A stretch of DNA of 64,000 bases from contig NC_081387.1 of assembly GCF_030684315.1 (NCBI RefSeq), positions 25,476,647-25,540,646 of the forward strand. The letters are read 5' to 3'. The first letter of the stretch is position 1. Every line of letters begins with the position of its first letter. Source of the DNA: Stegostoma tigrinum (lineage: Eukaryota). The notes below the pieces were generated by a model. That model worked only from the letters and a program-made list of their open reading frames with translations. It was not told where the DNA came from and ran no database searches. The position numbers and the translations under genes were made by a program. Shown one piece after another: positions 40,701-52,800 of the stretch.

Positions 40701-41960
40701 AACATACTGCCAAACTTGCTGAGTTTCTCCAGCTTTTTCAAATGTTATTACAAAATGGTCTTCTATTTTGTGGCTTAGCGAAGGTTAGGGAGTGATTACA
40801 GTGAGGTTTTGATAGTGAAGATATGGAGAAACAAGTTCTGCTGGGGATGGAATTTTTGTAAATTCTGTTATGGGATGTGAGTGTTATTAGAGTCACAGAA
40901 TCATACAGCACGGAAACAGGCCCTTTAGTCCAACTTGTCCATTCTGAACATAATCCCAAACTGAACTAGTCCCACCTGCCTGCTCCTAGCCCATATCCAT
41001 GCAAACTTACCCATTCATGTACTTATCCAAATGTCTTTTAAATGTCTTATCCTTATCCAAAAATTTAAAGTCTGTAATGAATGGCTAAGGGTTTTTTTAT
41101 TCTGAATTCAGAAGTTTAAAAAGACGATGTATTTTAAAGGAATTTTATTCTTACAATGAAATTAAAAAAGAACTGGACAGTCTTTTTCAAAAGTAAGGAG
41201 TTGTGTTTTCATTTCAGGGAGTCCTACATGTGGTCAACTCTGGAGAAGATATTTTTCTTTGAGGAATTTATTGGAGGAGATTTTTAAAAATTGAGCTAAT
41301 CTGCGATGTGGTTGATTTTATTTTATTTATTATGGTTTTATTTACATGTGTGATGGGCAAGGCTGGCATCTGCTGCCCATCTCTAAATGCCCTTGAACTG
41401 AATGGCTTGCTTGGCCATTTCATAATCACATTGCTGTGGGTCTGGCCAGACCAAGTAAGGATAGCAATTTCCCTTCCCTAAGGGACGTCAGGTGGGTTTT
41501 TACAAATGAAGCCAGTTGGCCTGGTCACATGACAGAGAGTAACCTTCAAGTCACAATTCTACTTTTGGGACATGACCAAAATTTAAGACATTATTCATTA
41601 AATTGAAATGTTATCAGCAGCCATGGTAGGATTTGAGCTTGTGTCCCCAAAACATTTGCCTGGGCCTCTGGGTTACCAGCCTGAGAGGGATTACCACTAT
41701 TTCATAATCTGCCCCTGAATTTCAGGCAAAGGGACTTCAGAACCTGGTGATTTGGGAAAGATTAACCACTATGTCCTCCCTCAAAAGCAAAGGATGCTAA
41801 CTTGCTGAACCTGCTGAAATCTGAGATTTTTGCTCATTATGGATTCCAGAAGAATTAGGATCTTACAGCCAGCACAAGCAGAATGAATTAACCTCGAACA
41901 TGATTGATGGGCTGAATGGTGACCTCCAACTCCCATGTTCCAACCACCAATTGATTTATA

Positions 41961-42060
41961 ACCCTCTCTGATGAAGGGTCCAGGCCCGAAACGTCAGCTT
42001 TTGTGCTCCTGAGATGCTGCTTGGCCTGCTGTGTTCATCCAGCTTCACACTTTGTTATCT
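41961..42060 (+). mobile_element. 100-bp solo Penelope hammerhead module flanked by a 10-bp direct repeat
   Basis: Hammerhead at 41968-41995; ttgatttata at 41951-41960 and 42061-42070. Confidence 0.8.
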
Positions 42061-42489
42061 TTGATTTATAGCACGGGTAGCTTTGTTCTCTTCCTTGTTG
42101 TTTGGCCGGAATTAGAAACCTTACTCCCCAATCCCTCTCCCTGTCTTTAGGGGGCAGTGAAGTCCATCATGTACTCCCCATCCTCCCATATTAGCCATGG
42201 CCCACCACAAAATGCTTGAAGCCTCCTTCATGCTAACGGCAGGGAAGGTGATAAGCACTGGGAATTTGATTTGATAGCTGTCAATAGACCGCAAACAGAA
42301 CAAAATGTGTGGTCAACCCCTTTGCAGTTTTAACTCCCAACTCTGTAACAGGCCAAGCATGGAGGTTGCGGGAATTTTGTGTGGAATGTCCACAGATATC
42401 CTGTCTGGATTCTGCCCTCAGTATCTCCTGTCCTGCAGCAATATTCTGAACACCGTCTTAGCAGTAATGTCAATACCTCCCAGTCAACA

Positions 42490-42910
42490 GTGGACACCTG
42501 GTGATCCCACTGCATATTCTCCAGAAGATCCACTGGAGACATCTGAGGTGTGTTTAAGTTCTGACCCATAGCACACGAACATGGCACAGTGACCAGGTAT
42601 CTCCAGGAACAGTAATACATTGCTGATTGCAGAGATAGGAGCAGAAAGATCAGTCTGCATCCTCCTCCTTTCCAGTGATATCCTAGGACACCTTGGCATT
42701 GATTGGTTTGTGTTCAAGAGAATGATTGGTCTCTTGTTGGTCAGTTATGACTCCCAATGGATTGAGGGAACCATGCTGCAAATCTCCCTGAAGACCATGT
42801 TTTTAACATATGGAATCCCGGATGTTGACCCACACTTTACCAGTGAATGGCGCCCGTCTTCAGCAGCCTCTCAATTACAAGTTCACCAAGTTATCCCCAA
42901 GCGCTTAGTG
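42490..42910 (+). mobile_element. Decayed Gypsy-type LTR retrotransposon integrase remnant
   Basis: Fragments LQKIHWRHL, (stop)PGIS and SYDSQWIE...LKTMFLTYGIPDV...PHFTSE resemble the integrase Zn-binding and core motifs, in the expected order. Confidence 0.45.
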
Positions 42911-44167
42911 TGATCATTTAGTCTTAACTGTGCAGTGTCCAACATTAAATTGGAAACAAAAGCTCCCCAGCAATCACCAACCACTGAGTATACTGAGGAT
43001 AGGTCAGACACAGGCATTACAATTTGCTGGGAAGAGCATTTTCAACATTTCACACTGAAGTCTGAGGGATATCTTGAGCCCGAAGTTTATTGGAAGTACC
43101 CCACACAGCAGGAATGTCTGCTTTTAACAGAGCAGAACACCTCTTGGCACAACGTGAGAGGGCACTGGAGGATAAACGTGCAGGGATCTCTGGACTTGAT
43201 TACTTTCCAAGAGAGCTAGAATGATCTCAATGGGCTGAATGGCTTGACCTGTTGTGCCACTAAGGACTCTTAAGACCAAGATTACATGAGCTTTGGATGC
43301 AGATGTTACTTAAGCAAGAAAGCACAGGGTGGCTTACATTTACCATCGTTATTCATGGCGACCAGAGGCTGAAAAGGGCTTTGCAGACAACTAGGTCTGT
43401 TACTGAACACACTGCTGTGTATACTGTCATTCTGTGCAAACCTTGGCAAACAAAGATGGCCAATATTCCAATGGCTTGACTCTTTGTTCTGTCTGGTAAC
43501 ATGAGAAAACAAGCTGCCTCAGATGGTGGTGTCTAACCCTGCTGTCTGCCAGAAAGTTTAAAGCATTGGCCACTGAAGACAGAACTGTGGTTTCAATTCT
43601 GATCTAAGCCCCATTGACAGGAGGCAATGGCGTTGCGGAGATGGGGAGCGTGGGGGGAGGTGAGTGGGGATGGCAGTCCTTCTCACCACCTATCCAGCAG
43701 CAACATCAGTTTCTCAGGCAGTGAGAAAACAGCATTCAGTGAGAACAGGCTCCAGGGTAAGTTGGAAATCAGCAGAGAGCTGGAAACGTTTCCAATGTGA
43801 GGTGTGCGTGTGATGCAGCTCCACCCATCAGTGTCACTGAGAACGGAAACGTTTCCATCTGGTCCCAGCAGACAGCCCCAGGGCTCACATCAATTAATCA
43901 CAGAAATCAGGACCAGACTGACTCACAAACAGTAAGATCTTTTAGAAAAACATCTTTAAATGCTGCCATTAACCTGCAGTAGCCTGCAATAGCAGTACTC
44001 CAAGATGGTCACTGTTGCTCCTTTCATACAACTGATTTGCCCCAAGTAATGCAGAACAGACATGATACAGCGATGTTTATTTTCTGAGTTTTATACATTC
44101 CTTTAATGTTGCCTGTTCACTTTACGCTGGGTCCATACTGAGTTTTAAACAATCAAGCACAGTAATG

Positions 44168-44364
44168 AGAGATAATGAGAACTGCAGATGCTGGAGAATC
44201 CAAGGTAACAAAGTGTGGAGCTGGATGAACACGGCAGGCCAAGCAGCATCTTAGGACCATAAAAGTTGATGTTTCGGGCCTAGACCCTTCATCAGAAAAG
44301 GGGAATGGAGAGAGGATTCTGAAATAAATAGGGAGAGAGGGGGAGGCGGACTGAAGATGGATCT
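44168..44364 (-). mobile_element. Penelope 3' tail fragment with variant hammerhead
   Basis: Reverse complement of the 19070-19262 tail; core at 44268-44295 ends GAAACATC. Confidence 0.75.
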
Positions 44365-44814
44365 GTAATGCACCGGCCTCATGTAATCAAATTCAGAACA
44401 GTTGAGCCATTGTAAACCGAAGACCCTGTCACATTTGGTGAATGTAGTGCTTGAGGGCTCAGGGAAGTGAATTGTTTGGAGCTTTATGTAATCCCTGCAC
44501 ATTTCCAATGAGGTCTCAATATGTTCAGTGCCTTCTGAAGGAGCCTTCACATTTTGGTTGGCTAGAGATGACTCTGAGTTAGTGGGGTATTGGGTCACTA
44601 TATAAGAATTATAGAATCCCTACAGCACAGGCAGAAACCATTCGGCCCATCGAGTCTGCGCCAACTCTGCAAAGAGGTCTCCCAGACTCAGACCCCTGTA
44701 TCCCTGCATTTCCGATCGCTAAGCTACGTAGCTAGCACATCCCTAGACACTCATGGGAAAATCTACCATGGCCTTTACACCTATCCTGTAACGTTTTGTA
44801 CGTGGATACAGATA

Positions 44815-45129
44815 CACTCTAACACGCACACACACACTCATACACACACTATCTCTCACACTCTCACGATCTGTCACACACACACTCTGACTCACAGACA
44901 CGCAGATGCACCCACACACACAGTCACACACACATATGTACACACACATGTACACACACTCACACATACACACTGACTTACAAACACACTTNNNNNNNNN
45001 NNNNNNNNNNNNNNNNNNNNNNNNNNNNNNNNNNNNNNNNNNNNNNNNNNNNNNNNNNNNNNNNNNNNNNNNNNNNNNNNNNNNNNNNNNNNNNNNNNNN
45101 NNNNNNNNNNNNNNNNNNNNNNNNNNNNN
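44815..45129. other. CA-rich microsatellite running into an assembly gap (138 N, 44992-45129)
   Basis: Seen directly. Confidence 0.97.
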
Positions 45130-47586
45130 TTTGCCAGGATACTGGAAGAATGCGTTGTATTCAAGACTTCATGTGATCTGGGTGTGAACATTGAAGATTC
45201 CACGGGACTGTTTTGATGAAGAGAAAGGATGTCCTCCCTGTTGAGTGGCAAATAATCAGCACACAAGCTACAGTACATAAAACACATGAACTGCTTATGG
45301 GATCTTGCTTTGTCTGCATGGTTTATCCTATTGCCAAAGTGCAAGGCAGTTCAGAAGTACTCCATCATCTGTGAAAAGCACTTTGCAACATCCTGAAGTT
45401 ATGCTACCTTTCTTGTACAGAGCTTTTGCATTCGCTGTACTCCCAGGAACATCCAATTCATGAACATCCTTAGCATGTGATTCTTTTGCAACGGGGAGTT
45501 TCTCACAGTTGAGTGATAACAGGGAATTTCTGAAACTTACCCAGTCATGACCAAGGCCAAAAAAATCCAGATATATTACTCATGCCATTTTGTGGCAAGA
45601 AATTGAGTGGAAAAATGTATTCTTGGCAGATTTACAACCTCCCACATATCAATTCTGCCTGCTAGTCTTTGCCCCACTCCCCACCTTCTCTCTCCCTATT
45701 ACAACTGGAAATGTTCAACCTTTTCAGGACTGATCCGGCTTCATGGAGGATGTTTAAACATTGCGAGTGTCTGGGGCTGTTCCTGATGCACGTTTCTCTT
45801 CTTGACTTGTTAGGAGCAGAGGTACAGGAGTAGTCCATTCAGCCCATCAAGCCTGTCCTGACAGTCAATACAATTGTGACTGATTCAATGTCTATTACCC
45901 ATCCTGTTCCCATAACCCTGTCCACCACTGGCAATCAGTAAATCCATCAATTCTCTACCTTAAACATACTCAAACATAAACTGATCTGCCAGTGCCCACC
46001 GGAGATTTCTAAAGGGTCACTCCCCTCTAAGTAATTATCTCTGACCTTAGTGGCATCATCCCCCTTAGTTTTCAGTTGTGCTCCTGGCTCTCGTCTGCAA
46101 CCAGGGCAACAACACACCTCATCTCCCACATATAAGCCTGATGAATCTTAAGGAAAGGTGATGACATAGTGGTATTGTAACTGCGCTGTTCATGTTCCAG
46201 GAAGCTGGACTTCATTCCTGGTAGTGGAATTTGAATTCAATTTTTAAAAAATAAAACTGGAGCCTAATGATGACAATGAATTAATTATCAGAAAAAAAAC
46301 CATCTGATTTCTTCAGGGAAGGAATCTGCCATCCCTACTTGGTCTGGCCCAGACATGACTTCAAACCCGCAACAATGGGATTGAATTTAAAAAAAACTTT
46401 TGTTACACTCTCTCTGCCTTACTGATATAAGTTCTGACATAAAGAATCTAAACTACCCACAACATCTTGAGGATTGACCTTTGGCCCCAATAATTCTCAT
46501 TGAGGTGCTGCCCGCAATGGCACAAGGTGTGGAAACACAAGTTGAGGAGGTACAAGTGAGGGGGGCACAGGGTGAGCGTCCAGAAGAGAGGGGTGGATGA
46601 GGTGATCAAGAAATCAAAAGGAATCCTTTCCTTTCATGGTGGAGGCCTTGGAGAACATGAGCCTGAAGGTTATACCTGGAACAGTGAGGTCCCTCCAGCT
46701 ACTGCAGCCTGTTCCATTTCCATTGCAGGAAGGAGGTGATGTCACTTGAGTGAGATGGGAACAGAAGAGATTCATGAGGGTATGGATGGAGAAAGCTTTA
46801 ATCCAGGGGAAAGATCAGCTCAGTGAGATTAGAGAGGCTGAGGGGAAATGTACTGAGAGCTCGATAAGTTTTAACAAAGATGGGTAGAGTGGACATACCT
46901 ACTTGGAGGTCTTGGCAAAAAGGTCAGGGGACAGAGATTTAAAATGAAGGGGGGGGCGGAGGATTAGACAGAGGTCCCTCCCTGATGTGGATGGATTGTC
47001 TGATGAGCAAAGGCTAAACAAGTTGGGTCTCTTCTCCATGCAGTTTAGTAGAATGAGAAGTGATCTGATCAAAATATACAAGATTCTTAATGGGCTTGAC
47101 AGTGCAAATGCTGAGAGGATATTGCCTTGCATGGGAGTGAATAAAAAGGGGCCAATTTAAGACTAGAGATGAAGAGGAATTTCTTCTCTCAGAAGGTTGT
47201 GTCTTTGGAGCTCCTTGCCACCAGGAGCTGTGGGGAGGGAGTCCTTGTGCATATTTAAGGCTGAGAGCAGTAGATTCTTGACCAGTCCAGGAATCGGGGG
47301 TTTCAGAGAAAGCTCAGGAAAGTGGGCGTGATGAATATCAGATTAGCCATGTTTCATTTGACTGGCGAAGCAGACTGGAGTGGCAGAATGGCCTGTTCTT
47401 GTTTCTTCTGGTCTAAAGTTAAGAATTTCTCTCAACCAAGGATTGGTGGGAGTCAGGAACTCACTGTCTGAAAGGCTGAAAAAAACCTCAGTGCATTTTT
47501 TAAAAAAAAAGCATACTCAGATACTCACCTGAGTGCTGCGATCTACAGAACTATAGATCAGGAGTTGGATGATGGGATTAGACTAC

Positions 47587-48011
47587 AAAGTGTGGAGCTG
47601 GATGAACACAGCAGGCCCAGCAGCATCTCAGGAGCACAAAAGCTGACGTTTCGGGCCTAGACCCTTCATCAGAGAGGGGGATGGGGAGAGGGAACTGGAA
47701 TAAATAGGGAGGGAGGGGGAGGCGGACCGAAGATGGGGAGAAAAGAAGATAGGTGGAGAGGGTGTAGGTGGGGAGGTAGGGAGGGGATAGGTCAGTCCAG
47801 GGAAGACGGACAGGTCAAGGAGGTGGGATGAGGTTAGTAGGTAGATGGGGGTGCGGCTTGTGGTGGGAGGAGGGGATGGGTGAGAGGAAGAACAGTTTAG
47901 GGAGGCGGGGCGAGCTGGGCTGGTTTTGGGATGCAGTGGGTGGAGGGGAAGAGCTGGGCTGGTTTTGGGATGCAGTGGGGGAAGGGGAGATTTTGAAGCT
48001 TGAGAAGTCCA
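47587..48011 (-). mobile_element. Penelope 3' fragment with intact hammerhead (47645-47672)
   Basis: Closely similar to 16112-16575. Confidence 0.85.
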
Positions 48012-48193
48012 CACGCTCCTTTGAAACCCCCGATTGACCAAGCTTTTGTTACTCAGTCTAATAGTCTATTTGATAACGCTTTCGTAAAATGCCTTGGTGC
48101 ATTTTGTTTACGATGTCCAAGGCGCTAGATGAATACAAGAGGTTGTTGGTCTGTTTTATCGTCATTTGAAGTGACATGGCTTACAATGTGCGA

Positions 48194-48209
48194 CAGCGCC
48201 ACCTGGGAG
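48194..48209 (-). promoter_or_regulatory. CTCF-like motif
   Basis: Minus strand CTCCCAGGTGGCGCTG versus consensus CCACCAGGTGGCGCTG. Confidence 0.35.
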
Positions 48210-48878
48210 CGAAGGATAGGAATTACACTAACTCAAATCTTCCTCAAAAATCACTGATTATCGCTGAAAGAAAGTCTCGCATTTGTACGGAGCTGTTCCC
48301 TACCCCTAATATGTTTTTTTTGTGATGTCTTCCCACAGCAGAATTACCTCTCTTATTCACGACAAATAAATGCGGTGAGTCCAGCTTTTGTAAAACTCGA
48401 AGATAGGTTTGTTCGCCAGCTGGATATTTCAGTCCTTGTAGAGGGCCAGATCATCATATTCTTCCACACGCTCACTGCAACCCCATCCCCACCTAACTGC
48501 TAGCAGAAAGGTCGCACCCTGGTCCCTGGCCCTTGAGCTTACTCACCCCTTAAAGCCACTATATTACTTTGAACAAATAATTAAGCCAAGGAATTTTTTT
48601 TATTTAATGCTTGCAACATCTCTAAGATGAATTCACAACCCTCAGAGATCAGTTTGTTTAACATTCAGTTAAGGGGAAAATATTCTTTTATTATTAATAG
48701 TTTCAAATCACCATGAGTGGAGAAGAATGGAATAGCTCCGTCTGTTTCCGACTGGGAATGTCACTCCAGTGTTTCACTGGTGAAGACATATGAAGATTTC
48801 AGATGATTGGATCAGTCCTTGGTAGGAATGTCAACTGAAAGAGAAACATTGGTTCAAGAGCAGGTTCGTAATCGGCCG

Positions 48879-48996
48879 TTAACGGAGCATAATTTCTACT
48901 GAAGAAGGGAGCCAAGCTGAGGCCATTAAATAGTCACTGATTGACCACTTAGGGGGCTTAGTTACTATTGGGCTGAGACTGTTACCCTCTGATCTT
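48879..48996 (-). CDS. Candidate terminal exon of the Ig-like gene (speculative)
   Basis: Phase-2 acceptor gatAG/ compatible with the phase-2 donor at 55404/55403; open for RSEGNSLSPIVTKPPKWSISDYLMASAWLPSSVEIMLR*; AATAAA at 48687-48692 (minus). The acceptor is weak and no homology is recognised. Confidence 0.25.
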
Positions 48997-49869
48997 CTAT
49001 CACAGGATTTAGATTCAGAGGGCACAGGAAGAATGTTAGGCAGGCAGTGGTGAGATGACATCTTTCCAGGGCAAATATGTCCACATATTGGCCCTGGTTT
49101 TGGACCCAGCGACAGTGAAGGAACAACGATATATTTCCAATTCTGGATGGAGTGAGGGTGAGAGGAGTAGTGAGAATAAGGGAGAGAGTAATGGTGAGAG
49201 GGGGAGTGAGTATGAGAAGGGGAGTCAGGGTTATGGAAGTGAGTGTGTATGGGGAGTGTATGGCTATGAGTGTGAGGGGGATGCGAAGGTGAGGGAGAGT
49301 GAGGATGAGGGGGTGGAATGAGTGTGAGGGGGAATGAGTGAGGGTGACGAGGGTGAGAGGTTAGTGAAGGCAAGATTGAGGAGTGTATGTGGGAATAGTG
49401 ACATTGGGGTTGAAGAGTGAGTTGAAGGGTGTTTAGTGATGATGAGGTTGAGGAGTATGTGAGGGGGTAGTGATGAAGTGAAGGAATGTGAGGGGGTTAG
49501 TAACTGTGAGGTTATGGAGTGTGTGAGAGCAGCAGTGAGGTTAAGGAGTGCGTGGAAGGGGGCTAGTAAGGGTGAGGTTGAGCAGTGTGTAAGAGGGTAG
49601 TGAGGATGACGTTAAGGAGTGCGAGGGGTTTAGTGAGTGTGAGGTTATGGTATGAATGAGAGTGGTAGGGATTATGAGGTTGAAGAGCATATGTGAGGGT
49701 GGTAGTGAGGGTGAGGTTAAGGAGTGTGAGGGGTTTCATGAAAGTGAGGTTATGGAGTATATGAGGGCAGTAGGGAGGATGAGGTTAAGAAGTGAGTTTG
49801 GGGGAAGTAGGGAGTGTTAGGTTGAGGACTATGTGAGGGGAGTAGTGAGGGTGAGATTGAGGAGTATGT

Positions 49870-52800
49870 GAGGGTGGTAGTGAGGGTGAGGTTGAGGAAT
49901 GAGGTTGGGGGTGGTTAGTGAGTGTAAGGTTGAGGAATGAGTTTCGCCGGGTTAGGGTGAGGTTGAGGAATGAGTTTGGCCGGGTTAGTGAGGGTGAGCT
50001 TGAGGAATGAGTTTGGCGGGGTTAGTGAGGGTGAGGTTGAGGAGTGAGTTTGGCGGGGCTAGTGAGGGTGAGATTGAGGAGTGAGTTTGGGGGGGTTAGT
50101 GAAAGTGTGGTTGAGGAGTGAGGTGGGGGATGGGTAGTGAGGGTGAGGTTGAGGAGTGAGTTTGGTCGGGTTAGTGAGGGTGAAGTTGAGAATTGTGTGA
50201 AGGGATTGGTGAGGGTGAGGTTGAGGAATGAGTTTGGCCGGGTTAGTGAGGGTGAATTTGAGGAATGAGCTTGGCAGGGTTGGTGAGGTTGAGGAATGAG
50301 TTGGCCGCGTTAGTGAGGGCGAGGTTGAGGAATGAGTCTGGCCAGGTTAGTGAGGGTGAGGTTGAGGAATGACTTTGGCCGGGTTAGTGAGGGTCAGGTT
50401 GATGAGTGAGGTTGGCCGGGTTAGTGAGGGTGTGGTTGAGGAATGAGTTTGGCCGGGTTAGTGAGGGTAAGGTTGAGGAATGAGTTTGGGTGTGGATCGT
50501 GAGGGTGAGGTTGATGAGTGAGTTTGGGTGTGGTTCATGAGGGTGAGTTTGATGAGTGAGTTTGGCCGGGTTCGTGAGGGTGCGGTTGATGAGTGAGTTT
50601 GGCCGGGTTACTGAGGGTGAGGTTGATGAGTGAGTTTGGCCGGGTTAGTGAGGGTGAGGTTGAGGAATGGGTTTGGCAGGGTTAGTGACGGTGAGGTTGA
50701 GGAATGAGTTTGGCCGGGTTGGTGAGGGTGAGGTTGAGGAATGAGTTTGGCCGGGTTAGTGAGGGTGTGGTTGAGGAATGAGTTTGGCCGGGTTAGTGAG
50801 GGTGAGGTTGAGGAATGAGTTTGGCCGGGTTAGTGAGGGTGAGGTTGAGGAATGAGTTTGGCCGGGTTAGTGAGGGTGAGGTTGAGGAATGAGTTTGGCC
50901 GGGTTCGTGAGGGTGAGGTTGAGGAATGAGTTTGGCCGGGTTAGTGAGGGTGAGGTTGAGGAATGAGTTCAGCCAGGATAGTGAGGGCGAGTTTGATGAA
51001 TGAGTTTGGCCGGGTTCGTGAGGTTGAGGAATGAGTTTGGCTGGGTTAGTGAGGGTGTGGTTGAGGAATGAGTTCGGCGGGGTTAGTCAAGGTGTGGTTG
51101 ATGAGTGAGTTTGGCGGGGCTAGTGAGGGTGAAGTTGATGAGTGAGTTTGGCCAGGTTAGTGAAGGTGAGGTTGAGGAATGAGTTTGGCCGGGTTAGTGA
51201 GGGTGAGGTTGAGGAATGAGTTTAGCCGGGTTAGTGAGGGTGAGGTTGAGGAATGAGTTCGGCCGGGATATTGAGGGTGAGTTTGATGAGTGAGTTTAGC
51301 CGGGTTCGTGAGGGTGAGGTTGAGGAATGACTTTGGCCGGGTTAGTGAGGGTGAGGTTGATGAGTGAGTTTGGCCGGGTTCGTGAGGGTGAGGTTGAGGA
51401 ATGAGATTGGCCGGGTTAGTGAGGGTGTGGTTGAGGAATAAGTTTGGCTGGGTTCGTGAGGGTGAGGTTGAGGAATGAGTTTGGCCGGGTTAGTGAGGGT
51501 GAGGTTGAGGAATGAGTTTGGCCGGGTTACTGAGGGTGTGGTTGAGGAATGAGTTTGTCCGGGCTAGTGAGGGTGAGGTTGAGGAATGAGTTCGGCCGGG
51601 ATAGTGAGGGCGAGTTTGATGAATGAGTTTGGCCGGGTTCGTGAGGTTGAGGAATGAGTTTGGCCGGGTTAGTGAGGGTGTGGTTGAGGAATGAGTTCGG
51701 CGGGGTTAGTGAAGGTGTGGTTGATGAGTGAGTTTGGCGGGGCTAGTGAGGGTGAAGTTGATGAGTGAGTTTGGCCAGGTTAGTGAAGGTGAGGTTGAGG
51801 AATGAGTTCGGCCGGGATAGTGAGGGTGAGGTTGATGATTGAGTTTGGCCGGGTTCGTGAGGGTGAGGAATGAGTTTGGCCGGGTTAGTGAGGGTGTGGT
51901 TGATGAGTGAGTTTGGCGGGGCTAGTGAGGGTGAGGTTGAGGAATGAGTTTGGCTGGGTTAGTGAGTGTGAGGTTGATGAGTGAATTTGGCGGGGTTAGT
52001 GAGGGTGTGGTTGATGAGTGAGTTTGGCCGGGTTAGTGAGGATGAGGTTGAGGAATGAGTTTGGCCGGGTTAGTGAGGGTGAGGTTGAGGAATGAGGTTG
52101 ACAGTGTTAGTGAGGGTGAGGTTGAGGAATGAGGTTGGCCGGGTTCGTGAGGGTGAGTTTGATGAGTGAGTTTGGCGGGTTTAGTGAGGATGAGGTTGTG
52201 GAATGAGTTTGGCGGTGTTCGTGAGGGTGAGGTTGATGAGTGAGTTTGTCCGGGTTCGTGAGTGTGAGGTTGAGGAATGAGTTTGGCGGGTTCAGTGAGG
52301 GTGAGGTTGAGGAATGAGTTTGGTCGGGTTAGTGAGGGTGAGGTTGAGGAATAAGTTTGGCCGGATTAGTGAGGGTGAGGTTGATGAGTGAGTTTGGCGG
52401 GGTTAGTGAGGATGAGGTTGAGGAATGAGTTTGGCCAGGTTAGTGAGGGTGAGGTTGATGAGTGAGTTTGGCCGGGTTAGTGAGGGTGAGGTTGAGGAAT
52501 GAGTTTGGTGGGTTTAGTGAGGGTGAGGTTGAGGAATGAGTTTGTCCGGGTTCGTGAGTGTGAGGTTGAGGAATGAGTTTGGCGGGTTCAGTGAGGGTGA
52601 GGTTGAGGAATGAGTTTGGTCGGGTTAGTGAGGGTGAGGTTGAGGAATAAGTTTGGCCGGATTAGTGAGGGTGAGGTTGATGAGTGAGTTTGGCCAGGTT
52701 CGTGAGGGTGAGGTTGAGGAATGAGTTTGGCGGGGTTAGTGAGGGTGAGGTTGATGAGTGAGTTTGGCCGGGTTAGTGAGGGTGAGGTTGAGGAGTGAGT

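Noticed and set aside
43718-43756. 39-nt plus-strand exon-like segment (ctcAG ... GTAAGT)
   Set aside because: No partner exons or recognisable peptide; such matches arise by chance.
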